Part shown: positions 38,061 to 51,431 of the stretch, in pieces
Layout of the letters: every line of letters starts with the position of its first letter
Position numbering within the stretch: the first letter of the stretch is position 1
NCBI RefSeq assembly: GCF_006345805.1
Contig: NC_042997.1
Coordinates: forward strand, 162,688,001-162,752,000
Direction of reading: 5' to 3'
DNA: 64,000 nucleotides
From: Octopus sinensis
Taxonomy: Eukaryota
The notes under the pieces: model-generated
Database searches by the model: none
Told to the model about the DNA's origin: nothing
What the model saw: the letters and a program-made list of their open reading frames with translations, nothing else
Made by a program: the position numbers and the translations under genes

Positions 38061-38062
38061 AG

Positions 38063-38149
38063 TGGCTGCGGTGGTTGCGTTAGAAGTTTGTTCCGACTTC
38101 CCTGCCGTTATATTAATATAGCAACAATGTCATTTGTAATAACCCGAAG
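38063..38149 (+). other. candidate 87-nt exon, possibly containing a start codon (MSFVITR)
   Basis: CCCTCCCCACAG| acceptor after a long pyrimidine tract; CGAAG|GTAAGT donor; length divisible by 3; one open frame (GCGGCVRSLFRLPCRYINIATMSFVITR); ATG in a CAACAATG context. Confidence 0.45.
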
Positions 38150-38309
38150 GTAAGTGCTCGGCAACAGTCCAATCATCGACACGCCTCCTCCTCCTCCTCC
38201 TCCTCCGCATCCATCGATAATTTCATCATCGTACTTAATGCAACCGTGTTGTTTCGGGCTTCACGTGTTATTACTGTATTACTGGAAAGTGTTGAAGATT
38301 TATATATAT

Positions 38310-38367
38310 ATGTGTGTATGTGTGTGTGTGTGTGGTGTGTGTGTGTGTATGAGTGTATGTATGTATG

Positions 38368-38403
<36 letters not shown>

Positions 38404-38577
38404 TACATACATACACGCACACACGTACTCACGCGCACACACGCACGCACGCACACACACGCACACAAACAGGCATACACATATATACGCATATACACAC
38501 ACACAGATATATAAAGAGATAGATAGATAGATAAATAGATAGATTGATAGGTACACACCCTAATAAACATATACATT

Positions 38578-38632
<55 letters not shown>

Positions 38633-38916
38633 ACATACACCCAGACACACACATACGCACGCACATGCGCACGCACACACACTCACACGCTCGGACACAC
38701 ACACACACGCACGCATACACACACACACACACATATACAAGCACGTGTGTGTGTATACATATATGTGTTTGTGCCTGTATGTATGTACATATATATGTAT
38801 GTATGTGTATATATATATATGTGTGTGTGTGTGTGAGTATGTATGTATATAAAATGAAAAGAGTATGAGAGAGAGAGAGAGAGAGGAGGAGAATAATAAT
38901 AATAATATAATAATAA

Positions 38917-38947
<31 letters not shown>

Positions 38948-38950
38948 AAG
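38310..38950. repeat. compound microsatellite block (TG, TA, CA, GATA, GA, AAT, GAA)
   Basis: Direct reading of the sequence. Confidence 0.92.
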
Positions 38951-39260
38951 AAAGCAAGGAAAAAACAAAAAGGGGACAATGAGAAAAAGAAGAGATGTTG
39001 AGAGCCAAGTGATAAGGATTAGACTCAAGGCTATTCTTCTTTAAAACCTCAGTGGTTTGCCATGTAGCCAGGAGGTAATAAACTAATTCCTTGGTTCCAC
39101 ATTAGGAGAAGGGAGGAAATACTTTCTAATAATTCCAAGTTGTTGTTTAGCCTTAAGTAAACCTTGATTGACCTCCCCTCTACAATCAAAGACATTCCGG
39201 CTGTGACCAACCATTCGTATTTTCAAACACTAGTCCTATAATATATTATTTCAAATGGTC

Positions 39261-39268
39261 TTATTATT

Positions 39269-39322
<54 letters not shown>

Positions 39323-40200
39323 TAATTTTATTTTTATATCGTGCTTTCACTTCACTACCGAGCGCAGCTCTGTGTGTCTTGGGTATGTGCTGTGGTTTGT
39401 TGTGATGCTCTTACGGTTACTGTATTGAGAGTGTTTTTCTTAGGATGTGTACAGTGCCCAGTAGTGCAATTTTCTGTATGTTATATATATATATTTGTAA
39501 GTCCTGGTGTTTTTGTTATGTATTTGTCTAAACATTTTTTTATCATACCTAATGCGCCTACTATTGATAGGAATTATTTCTGTTTATTAGATTCCACATT
39601 CTAGTTACCTCTATTTCCAGGTCTTTGTATTTTGAAAGTTTCTCCATTTCTTTTAGAGAAACGTTGTCATCTGTTGGTATTGATACATCAATTAGAAAGC
39701 TTTTTTTTTTCTTCATGATCTCTGACAACTATATCTGGCCTATTGGTCTTAATTACTCTTTGTGTGTATAGGCATATCCCAAAGTATGGTCGCTTTATCG
39801 TTTTCTGTGACCTTTTCTGGCGTGTGCCTATACCATCTTTTTTCTGTTGTTATTCCATAATGTTGGCATAGCTTCCAGTGTATGTAGGTCCCAACTGTGT
39901 CGTGTTTGTGAGTATATTCCTTCTTAGCCAGGACTGGGCAGCCAGAGATAATATGATTTAATGTTTCTTGTCCACCTCCACATATTTTGCAGTTACTTGT
40001 TATGTTTCTTTTCATTATAATGTTTTTGGTAATTTCTGGTGGGGAGGCTTTGGTCTTGTGCTGCAATTAAAAATCCCTCCGTCTCTGCTTTGAGTCTTGA
40101 GCTTCTCAACCACAGCTAAGATTTTTCTCTGTCTATTTCTTTTGCATTTAGTTTAGTCCAGTATTTGCCATGAAGGGGCTTTTCTTGCCATCGTTTTATC
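39261..40200 (-). pseudogene. R4/Dong-like non-LTR retrotransposon 3' fragment (zinc knuckle plus restriction-like endonuclease region)
   Basis: ORF 39749-40066 CKICGGGQETLNHIISGCPVLAKKEYTHKHDTVGTYIHWKLC..ENDKATILWD; continues in a broken frame as IDVSIPTDDNVSLKEMEKLSKYKDLEIEV..QKIALLGTVHILRKTL; (TAA)n tail. Confidence 0.88.
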
Positions 40201-40221
40201 ATGGTCCGTTGCTGTTCTAGT

Positions 40222-40825
40222 TTTATTATTATTATTATTGAGTGAGAGAGCAGTGAATGCCATCAAAGTGACACTGGGGTAAAATATACGAAGCCCAATA
40301 TACCCATCATGACTACCCGTCTGATAAGGTTACACCAGGCACATGCATCACAATCATATGTGCGCGACATGGTGATCTCATATCAAGATAAACAGCACAT
40401 GACCTTGCAGGTGGGGCCCAGTTAGAATTTTCTTCAGGTTGAGTAGCCCATCCCGCTCAAAAGGTCCCTGAATAAGGGTTGTTTAAGGATGTTGAAAGAA
40501 CCACCCATGTTTCCAGAGGTGAATTATTCAAACCCCAAAGAATCCCTCTCAACACATGATGCTCCCCCACTACTTCTGCTCGTGATCAGAGATGCACATA
40601 TCGTCAGCCACTAAGGGACATGCTCAACTGGTTAAGGTCAAACAACTGACAAGCAAATCTGTGGTATTGAGCAGAATATTTGCTGTAGCCCATCTTTTAT
40701 ACCAAGACAAAACAATGTACATGGTAACACTTCCAATCAGTTAAGATCAGAAGCCATGAGAGCCACTGCCTGGTACTGCATCAGGGCATTTATACTGCAT
40801 CAGGGCATTTATACTGCATCAGGGC

Positions 40826-40898
<73 letters not shown>
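40222..40898 (-). mobile_element. non-coding interspersed element bracketed by (TTA)n, with a 19-bp triplication
   Basis: Starts in (TTA)n; TACTGCATCAGGGCATTTA x3 at 40774, 40793 and 40812; family assignment uncertain. Confidence 0.5.
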
Positions 40899-41009
40899 TT
40901 ATTGGTTGAACGATATTTCAGGAGTAAGTCTGTCTTTGTCAAGTTCAATTATGTTAAGAGATATTTGGTTGTCCTTTCTAGCAGGTCGATCGGTCAATAA
41001 CACAGACGT

Positions 41010-41465
41010 AGCCGTGGTTGTGTGGTAAGACGTTTGCTTCTTAACCGCATGATTCCGAGTTCAGTCCTTCTGCATGCACCTTGGATAAGTGTCCTCTACT
41101 ATAGCGCCAGACCGACCAATGCTTAGAGCAGATTTTATTGACGGAAACTGAAAAAAGTTCGTCGTATATATACATACATACATACATACATACATACATA
41201 CATACATACATACATACACATACATGTATGTGTGTGTGTGTGTGTGTGTGCATGTGTTTCTCTTTGTGTTTGTGTTCGTCCCACACCATCATTTGACAAC
41301 TAGTGTTAGTTTGTTTATGTACCCGCAACTTAGCGGTTCGGTAAAAGTAGCCGATAGGATAAGTACCAGGCTTAAAAATAGGTAGTGGGGTCGATCCGTT
41401 CGACTGAACCATTCAAGGCGGTGCCCCAGCATGGCCGGAGTCTACTGACTGAAGCATGTAACAGA
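41010..41465 (+). mobile_element. SINE family A
   Basis: Head GCCGTGGTTGTGTGGTAAG, internal (TACA)n(TG)n, tail CAGCATGGCC..GACTGAA. Confidence 0.8.
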
Positions 41466-41604
41466 TAAAAAATAAACGCATACTGACGAAGCTTGTGTTG
41501 CTATAACCGCAACAGGAAATCAGAGAGAATAACCAAAAAATCACTTGTCATGCAGCTACTCAAAAACACACAACAATAACGAATCAGCTTGGGAGTCTGT
41601 ATAT

Positions 41605-41890
41605 CAGTGGTTCTCGTCTGGAGTCTATATGACCTCCGGGGTCCACGCAAATGAAATTGTAAATTGTGGAGTCACAGCAGTATTTATGTGTCCATGAAAG
41701 AATTTTGCTTCAGATGTAATTATTGCAAACAGCTAAGTGTCTTTCTCCAACGTTTACATAGTGCAATTTACACAGGAATTTTGAAAGAAGTTTGGTGATT
41801 ACTATAGCAGAATAGTAATCAAAAGGGTGCAAAGATAAAAAAACAAAACAAAGGAACCGAAAACAAAGCAAAAATGGTTGAGAACTACTG
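41605..41890. mobile_element. hAT-type MITE
   Basis: CAGTGGTTCTC...GGTTGAGAACTACTG. Confidence 0.7.
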
Positions 41891-42665
41891 CTCTTTTTAA
41901 ACAGTTGTCAAACAGAGACTCTCAAAGCTATTATATGCAGCTTTCGAGATATTAGTTTTCAGCAGCATTATTTTAACCTAAAGCTGTCTTAACGTCCTAC
42001 TTGCAGGATTTTGAAGTATTGACTGCAAAATGAAGGCTTAATGAGGGTTTTCAACGAGCTGTGATTACTCAATATATTCAGTAAGTAAAAGTGTGTCTTA
42101 GTAGCTGTATATTTTCTTATTTACAAATATAATTTTTGAAATATGTTACGTCTCTTGAACGAAAAAGATACCATATGTTGCCTTTTTATCAAACTCTTTG
42201 GCCACTTTTGCTCTTGATAGATAAATTGATTGCTTGACATGCTAGAAATAGCAACCAAATCTAACCCTTCACCCGCAGACTTTGCTAAACTCGCATTGTC
42301 ACTCTGAACAAGATACATCTACTACATGTTTACTCTATTACAACAGCATTCTAAAACCCTTTATGGCAAAGCTGTAGCTTGTACTCCCGGTAGACATGTC
42401 TCACCTTTAATATACAAGAACAGATGAAGGGAACTAGAGACGAAAGTTAAGAGAAACAGAAGGGATATGATACTCCTGTAAATGACATTGGAAGGAATTT
42501 ATACTTTTGTAGGTGGTAAACCATAAAAGCAAGACCATAGTGCATTATTTGTTAATCCGAATGTCAAATGCTTGCAACAAATGATTATGTTAAAATACTT
42601 AATATTGCACGAATAATTGCAGTAATTTTGTTTTGTCTAGGGACAGTCATTATGCCAATAAAATG

Positions 42666-43452
42666 AGGGCAGCGAGCTGGCAGAAATGTTAGCACGCCGG
42701 GCAAAATGCGTAGCCGTATTTCGTCTGCCGTTACGTTCTAAGTTCAAATTCCACCGAAGTCGACTTTGCCTTCCATCCTTTCGGGGTCGGTTAAATAAGT
42801 ACCAGTTACGCACTGGGGTCGATATAATCGACTTAATCCGTTTGTCTGTCCTTGTTTATTCTCCCTGTGTGTAGCCCCTTGTGGGTAGTAAAGAAATAGG
42901 TATTTCGTCTGCCGCTACGTTCTGAGTTCAAATTCCGCCGCAGTCGACTTTGCTTTCATCCTTTCGGGGTCGATTAAATAAGTACCAGTTACGCACTAGG
43001 GTCAATATAATCGACTTAATCCGTTTGTTTGTCCTTGTTTTTCTCCCTGTGTGTTTAGCCCCTTGTAGGTAGTAAAGAAATAGGTATTTCGTCTGCCGCT
43101 ACGTTCTGAGTTTAAATTCCGCCGCAGTCGACTTTGCCTTTCATCCTTTCGGGGTCGATTAAATAAGTACCAGTTACGCACTAGGGTCAATATAATCGAC
43201 TTAATCCGTTTGTTTGTCCTTGTTTTTCTCCTCTGTGTTTAGCCCCTTGTGGGTAGTAAAGAAATAGGTATTTCGTCTGTCTCTACGCTCTGAGTTCAAA
43301 TTCCGCCGAGGTCGACTTTGCCTTTCATCCTTTCGGGGTCAATTAAATAAGTACCGTTTACGCACTGGCGTCGATGTAATCGAATTAATCCCTTTGTCTG
43401 TCCTTGTTTGTCCCCTCTGTGTTTATCCCCTTGTGGGCAATAAAGAAATAGA
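42666..43452 (+). mobile_element. SINE family B head-to-tail tetramer, 184-bp period
   Basis: GTATTTCGTCTG at 42716, 42900, 43084 and 43268; only the first unit has the 5' head. Confidence 0.9.
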
Positions 43453-44577
43453 TATAATGACTTTCCCTTGACACAACAAAATTTGTTTCAACACACGAAT
43501 TCACACGAAGAATATTGCAAACCAGATAAAAAAAAATGTAATTGTTCTTCGGGAAAACCAGGAAAGGCTAAAAGAAAGAACCATATGAACTTAAACGTTG
43601 ACATTTGAGAAAAAAGTAAATAAACATTGTTGAAAACTTAAACATGTCTAAGGCCTAAGTTCTAGAAGTCTATTTTTAATTTTAGTAAATGATTTTAGAC
43701 ATCAGATATAGATAGACTATTGATTACTCAGATATAGATAAACTATTGATTAAATTAGAGGAAGAACAAAGCAGGAAAAGAAACCGATAAACTGCCTAGA
43801 GCTAGTATTAGAGATGCTTGAAAAGAGGAAAGAATTCAGGATAAAAATTAAATTAGATGTGAATGGTTGTTTAGGAAAAGGAATGACTCAAGTTAGATTA
43901 TAAATGAAGAAAAACAATGAAAACAAACGTGAGGAGATACCAAAGACTGAGCTATGTAAAAGTCAAGTAATGTGGAGAAAAGTGCTGTCGGGAACTGTCC
44001 AAATATATTAAACTTCTTTCTTCTCATTGTTAACTATTTCTCTCAACAAGACATCTTTTGATACGAGATAGAAATTTACTAATAAATTACTAGAATATAT
44101 ATGGTATATACATACATATAATACATGTATGTATATATGTGTGTGTGTGTGAGTATGTATATATAGACACACACATACGGATATAGATAGATAGATAAAT
44201 AGATAGATGGATGGATAGATAGATATACACATACATACAAATGTACATACATGCGCCCCCCATACACACACACATACACACAATATACACACTGAAATGT
44301 TTGTTTAACAGATATTTAATCTCACTGTCGAATTATATCCCACGGTTAAACCGTATAGCTTTCAGCAGTTTGGATATAGGACCAAACTCGCAAGTTTCGT
44401 CTTTCTTAAAACTCATCGGGGATCGCTAACTTTTACCCTTCCAACAGAAATAAAGTAACGTACAACGAACTACTCATTACAAATGGAGACAAGTACGGGG
44501 GGCATGATTTCATTTACATGATAACACAAAGTTGGATAATGCCTCTTAGAAGAGGTAACGCTGCCTGCAATTTTCTT

Positions 44578-44609
<32 letters not shown>

Positions 44610-44613
<4 letters not shown>

Positions 44614-45124
44614 CATGGAAAAACACGAACATGAAAAGTCATATTCTTAAGATTATAAACCTGGATAAGTGCAGGACAGGTTATTACACCTGTAAAAATA
44701 TAGGACAAACTATTACTTCTAGTAAAGAATAAGAAACTTTTTACTTAAAATATTGCAGCAGAGAATGCCAGTTCTTCTAATTTATCATTGTTTACAGTTC
44801 TCACCTTTTAAATTTATTGTAGAAAACTGTTCAGCTAATTTGTAAGTTTGTCTACTTGGTCAGTTTTTTTCTGTATTTAAAGGTAGTAAATTAGCCAAAT
44901 TCTACTTGAATAAGTATAATGTTATTTGAAAAGAATAATAAAATATTTTTTTAATATTCAAAGTTTAATTTTAGCTGCAAGATTTTAAGTAAAAAGTTTA
45001 TTATTCTTTACTTTACTAGAATAGCTTTTCCTATACTTTTACAGGTGTAATAACTTATTCTGTACTTTTCCAGGTTTATAATCTTAAGAATATGACTTTT
45101 CATGCTCGCATTTCCCCATGTAAT
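44610..45124. mobile_element. MITE / foldback element with ~150-bp TIRs
   Basis: TTACATGG..GAAAAGTCATATTCTTAAGATTATAAACCTGGA..GTTATTACACCTGTAAAA..TTGCAGC is mirrored at 44975-45123. Confidence 0.8.
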
Positions 45125-45529
45125 CCATGATTATTCCAGGCATTGCTGTTATAAGATAATTAATAATGTGTCAATTAATAATTTAAGATTTTACCTTTTA
45201 AAATACTGAAAGATAAGATTTTAATTTTTCCATGTAAGTGATGATAATATTTCAACATTTTCGTGTTTAATTTAAATATATGTTGTGATTGAATTATTTA
45301 ATATTACCCATCCACACCAAATTAACGGCAGGGATTTTTACCATGTTGTTGGTTGCACCATGGCTCACCAAAAGTTACAAACAACAAGACCCCAAAACCA
45401 TCAGTTACCAGGCTCGACTTAAGTAACCTAATTTTGCAATATTAGGAGGTCACAGAAATTCATTCAACGAAAAAAAAAAGATTCCAATGATTCCGGGATT
45501 GGTGAGGGAATCCTACCACCTCATTTTTT

Positions 45530-45630
45530 CCGAACCAAAATAAGGGATTTGCAGCATATTAGGAGGTCAGAGTACTTGATTCCACGCAAAAAAAAAATCA
45601 ATTTTCTTTTCTTAGTGAAAATCGTGCGGG
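45530..45630. repeat. interspersed repeat homologous (inverted) to 54395-54475
   Basis: GCATATTAGGAGGTCAGAGTACTTGATTCCACGCAAAAAAA..CTTAGTGAAAATCGTGCG. Confidence 0.7.
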
Positions 45631-45884
45631 TATCAGCATAGAAATTGACCGTAATCTTGTTATTTAGCCTCAAATAAACCCTAATACTGCAAACCTATCA
45701 TCAAAGATATTCTGGCTTTCAGCAAACCGTCTTTTTAGGGATAATCTAGGACTTTACATACAATGGGCTTGTGATTTAGGTAGGGGGATACTTTGGCTGC
45801 TATTTTTAGCGTGTCGAGCGACCAGGTAGAGACTCTTTTATTGGTTCGATTGCGTGATGAGATGTTTTTTACACATTATATATG

Positions 45885-45959
<75 letters not shown>

Positions 45960-46059
45960 TCGGCAGAAGTTAGAGCGTAAGTAAAAAACTGAGAATTTCG
46001 TGTATTGGCACTTATCAAATACGAATTTGTCCATTGTCACTCAGTAACTTGTGACAAAA

Positions 46060-46400
46060 TAACTTCTAAAATACAAAATTTTGTCAAAAGCGTTAAGAGT
46101 AAACTCTATTCTATGTGACACATTCTACCAGTATCGGAAATTTGAAAGTGTTTAGTTAAAAAAAAATTAATTAAATAATCTGTACGTCTAATTGAATAGA
46201 TCCGAAATGGATGAAAGGCAAAGTTGAGATCGGCGCAATTTGAAGTCTGAACAGTAAAGACAGACGAAATACTACTTCTTGAATAAAAAACGTTGTCAAA
46301 AACGTTAACAATAAACCCTGTTCTATGTGACATATTCTACCAAGATCGGAAGGTTGAAAGTGTTCAGTTAAAAAAATTAAAATAATCTGTACGTCAAAGT
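46060..46400. repeat. imperfect direct duplication (~110 bp), with SINE B fragments after each unit
   Basis: TTGTCAAAA.CGTTAA..TTCTATGTGACA.ATTCTACCA..ATCGGAA..TTGAAAGTGTT..AATAATCTGTACGTC at ~46080 and ~46293. Confidence 0.7.
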
Positions 46401-47269
46401 CAACCTCGGCAAAATTTTAAAGCCAGAAACATAAAGACAGATGAAATACCTTTAAGCAGTTCATCCGACGCGATAACGTTTCTGCCAGCTTGCCGCCTTA
46501 GAAAGTAAACATTGATTTTAGAAATATATTCTTTATTCTTATAGTTGAAGCGTTACTCCCTTACTCTCTTACTTACTGACATGAAATTTCGTAACATTTT
46601 ACCTCATAACTCTTCTTCTACTAAATTTCGTTCAATGCGATTAGTGACTCTGAATTCCTCCTCATGCATTTTTCTGTCATTTAAGCATAAGAAAAGTATA
46701 CTTTTAATTTAAAATTTATAAAGTTTATGTTAATTGAAGGTGAATGGGTGCCTTACTGCCCCCCCCCCTCCTTGAGGTCGCAGATATTTTGATGTAACAT
46801 TTTTCCTTCTGAACCAAATCTCAAACTATTTATGCCAATGTATAGCTGAGGTGTCCTCTTTAAAACTGTTAACAGTTTCCAATTTAGTTGAAAACTGAAT
46901 GTGTGGGGAAGCTTGGAAGCTGCTGCGATTGACGAAATGGTGGACTTGAGAATACATTCAACCACTACCTTGGTTGAATGATATATCTATATATATATAT
47001 GGCATTCTTTCGGTATAACTCGACAAAATCAAAACATTTCACTTCGGGTATTTCCGTGGAAGCAAATGACAGTTCGATTCTGTTTTCTGCTTGAAATTTG
47101 CGGATTTTACATACACACATGAAACAGGTAAGAACAAATATGTAAGGCTCTTTTTCTTCAAGTTTAAAATGAGACATTGCTGGCATAATTTCGTTATATC
47201 TATACTCCACAAACCACGGAAATACCCGAAGCGAAATGTTTTGATTTTGTCGAGTTATATCGAAGGAAT

Positions 47270-47316
<47 letters not shown>

Positions 47317-47320
47317 TATA

Positions 47321-47369
<49 letters not shown>

Positions 47370-47539
47370 TATATGTGTACAACAGAATTGGGGTGTTGTG
47401 ACATCCATGCTGGTTTTAATGGCATTGATGCATGCAGTAAAAGAAGTTTTGCGAAGAATATCGTTCCAATTCTCAAATGTAAATCAAAACAGGATCACTT
47501 ATCTTTAAAGCATTTTCCAATAAAATAACAGCAATAACA

Positions 47540-47598
47540 GCAACAACATTGATAAATCACCATCATCATCGTCACAATAGTAATAATGATTATTATTG

Positions 47599-47629
<31 letters not shown>

Positions 47630-47706
47630 TATTATTATTATTATTATTATTATATTATTATTATTATTATTTGCCACAAGACTGTGACGGAGGAGGAGAT
47701 ACTGCA

Positions 47707-47745
<39 letters not shown>
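47540..47745. repeat. compound trinucleotide microsatellite (CAT, TAT, AAT)
   Basis: Direct reading of the sequence. Confidence 0.92.
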
Positions 47746-48379
47746 TGTCCATTTAAAAAAAAAAGATGTCGACAGTGGTAATAAACTGCGGTAAAGTGTG
47801 GTGGCTGGGAGAAAAGGGTTTTATTGATGATGATTATTACGGCGACTGGGGAAAGTCTTTTAAATATAATTGGTTTTCATTATACTTAATTTGACACATC
47901 AGAACTGTTTCTTTTGTTGGCAATGGAATCGGTTAGACTGAAGAGATTTCGCATCGCCTGCAGCTCTACACACAACATTTACGCACAAAACATACGTTTT
48001 TCTGACCCTTTTTTTTCCCGCCCCACCACCCGACCAAAATTCTTTTCTGAGCCTTCTCTTCTAGTTTTCCCCTGCCCTACAATCCTTTTCAATTTCCCCT
48101 TCACTCGTCGCTAAAACTCCCTCTCATCTTTGTTCACCCGTTTCTTTCCCCGCTCGCTCTTTATTTTATCCACCCATCTCTCTTTCCCCCTTTTCTCTCT
48201 CTCTCTCTCTCTCTTGTCCCATCTCCATCTTTGTGCGGCTCTCTCTCTCTCCTTTCTCTTCGTTCTCTCCCAGTATTTTTTTCTTTTTCTCCCGGTTTCT
48301 CTTTGTACGGTTCTCTTGTTATTATCGACATAAATTCTATGTAAGTAACTCCTCCTCTTGTCACCCTTTTCTCTCTTTC

Positions 48380-48597
48380 TCTCTGTTCTTATCTGTTTCT
48401 TTCACACCAAATAAATACACGCGTGCATACATATATAAATATGCATGCATGCACACGTATGCAAACGTGCATACACAAATGCATACACACAAGCGTGGAT
48501 ATACACACACATGTGTACAAATATATGACTACACGTACATGCGTACATACATGCACACATACGTAGTAATCTACACACACATATACATGCACATTCG

Positions 48598-48629
<32 letters not shown>

Positions 48630-49100
48630 TATATTTATATACATAAATTCGCAAACATTCGTGCATACACATACGAACCTGCCTATATATACGCTCAAAC
48701 ACATTCAAACATACATACATACATACATACATACATACATACATACATACACACAAATACTAATATAGATACATTTACACATACATACACACAGATACAC
48801 ACAGACACACACACACATACATACATACATACATACATACATACATACAGATACATACATGCATACATATATACATACATACATACATACATTCATGCAT
48901 GCATGCATACATACATACATACATACACATACATACATACATACATACATACATACATACACACACACACATACATACATATTTACGCGCACACACACAC
49001 AGGCAGACACGCATACAAAAGCATATCCACACACATACATACACATGAAAATACTCGTACACGCCCACATATAAATACATACATGCACACATACACTATC
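48380..49100. repeat. degenerate (CATA)/(CA) microsatellite field
   Basis: Direct reading of the sequence. Confidence 0.92.
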
Positions 49101-49254
49101 CCCCTCCTCCTTTCTCTCTCTCCCTCTCTCTTTCTGTTAATACTATTATCTTCATTATTTTTTCTTCATTAACCTTTCATTAAAATTGTCTACATTATTT
49201 TCTTTTTCAGCATTTCCATTCTATTTATTTTCTATATTTTCCTTGGAAAAAGCA

Positions 49255-49735
<481 letters not shown>

Positions 49736-49917
49736 AAAAAAGAGAGTACCGCCACGGCATCTTTCTCTCCGCCCCCACCTCCACCCGTGTCTGTCAAATA
49801 TCAAAATATTGAGCCTAATGAAACGAACTGAATTTAATTATTGCTCTTTGATTAAACACAAATTCATTGTTTAGTCTTATTTCTCAATTGTTTACACTTA
49901 ATTCTCTATTAGTGTAG

Positions 49918-50230
49918 GTACGTGGTTAGTGGTTAGGTTTATTTGGTTCACGGCCGTAAGGTCGTGTGTTCGATACCTGTCGGTGCGTTGTGTCCTTGAC
50001 CAAGATGCTTTATTTCACGTTGCTCCAGTTCACTCAGCTGGCAAAAAAAAAAAAAATGAGAAGTACCTGTAATTCAATGGGCCAGCCTTGTCACATTCTG
50101 TGTCATGCTAACTCTCCCTGAAAACTACGCTAAAGGTACGTGTGTCTATGGAATACTCAGCCACTTACACGTTAATTTCACGAACAGGTTGTTCCGTTGA
50201 TCGGATCAACTGGACCCCTCGTCGTCGTAA
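49918..50230 (+). mobile_element. CORE-type tRNA SINE (third family)
   Basis: A box TGGTTAGTGGTTAGG, B box GTTCGATACC, then CCTTGACCAAGATGCTTTATTTCACGTTGCTCCAGTTCACTCAGCTG. Confidence 0.75.
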
Positions 50231-50714
50231 CCGTCGGAGGGTCACTATTACTCTTGATCATACTGGCGTGTAATCACAAGCTTTCCAACTGTGACCATCA
50301 TGTCTTTGATATTCAAATATAGTGTGTCAAGGACTACATAATTCAATACAAATCAAATGTTAAATCTTATCTTTTTTTAGACAGTACGGTTGTGACTCGA
50401 GGGAAATTCCGCTCTTGTTTCTAACAGGTCGAACGACTACATAGAGACTGCCTCGATGTGTACGTCTATGGTCTTGTAGGAAAGGAGAATCAGATAATTT
50501 TAATAGATACCAATATATTATTGGTATTTAAGGCAGAATCATTAGCACACCCGGCAAAATGCTTAACAGCATTTCATCCGTCTTTACGTCGACTTTATCT
50601 TTCATTCTTTCGGGGTCGATAAAATAAGTACCAGTTTAACACTGGGGTCGATGTAATCGACTTACCTCCTACCCCGTTCATGCTGGCCTTGTGTCAAAAT
50701 TCGAAACCAATATA

Positions 50715-51109
50715 TCTTTATATATATAAAAGTGAGGTTGTGTGTTGTCTGTCTCCTACGATTTAGATTCCTAACTACTCCCACATTTTGCGGTGCAGTG
50801 TAACCAAAACTGGGTATCTTATAGTCGTGATTCATATCGAGCCCTTCTGGTTATTAGCGCACGTCTACGATGAGTCTACGATTTAAAAAAAAATTACCAT
50901 AAATTTTTCCCATTTTTAATGCATTTTTGGCATATATAAGGGAAGTAACTCTAAAAATTTATTATTAAATCTCAGAACGTAAAAAGCTACAGTAACACCC
51001 CACCTTTGTGGTTAGCCATATTGAGATGGCTATTATACTTTACATCTCTAAAAATGCTTATATAGTTATTTCCCTCACAAACCCGAGCAACGCCGGGCGA
51101 TACTGCTAG
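50715..51109 (+). mobile_element. non-autonomous Helitron
   Basis: A|TCTTTATATATATAAAAG...CCCGAGCAACGCCGGG hairpin, CGATACTGCTAG|T; no TSD. Confidence 0.92.
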
Positions 51110-51431
51110 TTACTGATATTTGTATTATTGATTCCTGAGGATAGAAAGACAGATTCGCGAAATTTGATGCCATTTGCATTAAGATCACGGCTAAAATGGT
51201 TTTGGTTATACATCTGCACCACTGAGATTAACTTATAGATGAACACCAATAATTATAGCTATAGTAACAACAGTAACGACTACAGCAATATCAGCTGCAA
51301 CTGCAGGAGCGAACACGATCAAGAAGTCACGAAACAAACATCTAATCCAGTCACCATTCATTCATCTGGTAAAATAGCTTTTTGCTGTTACATTGGCTCG
51401 AGGACACTAACCTTAAGAGAAAACAATATTA

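Noticed and set aside
42716-43452. Regular repeats that might be taken for a CRISPR array or satellite
   Set aside because: The units are whole SINE bodies without unique spacers, in a eukaryotic context with no cas genes.
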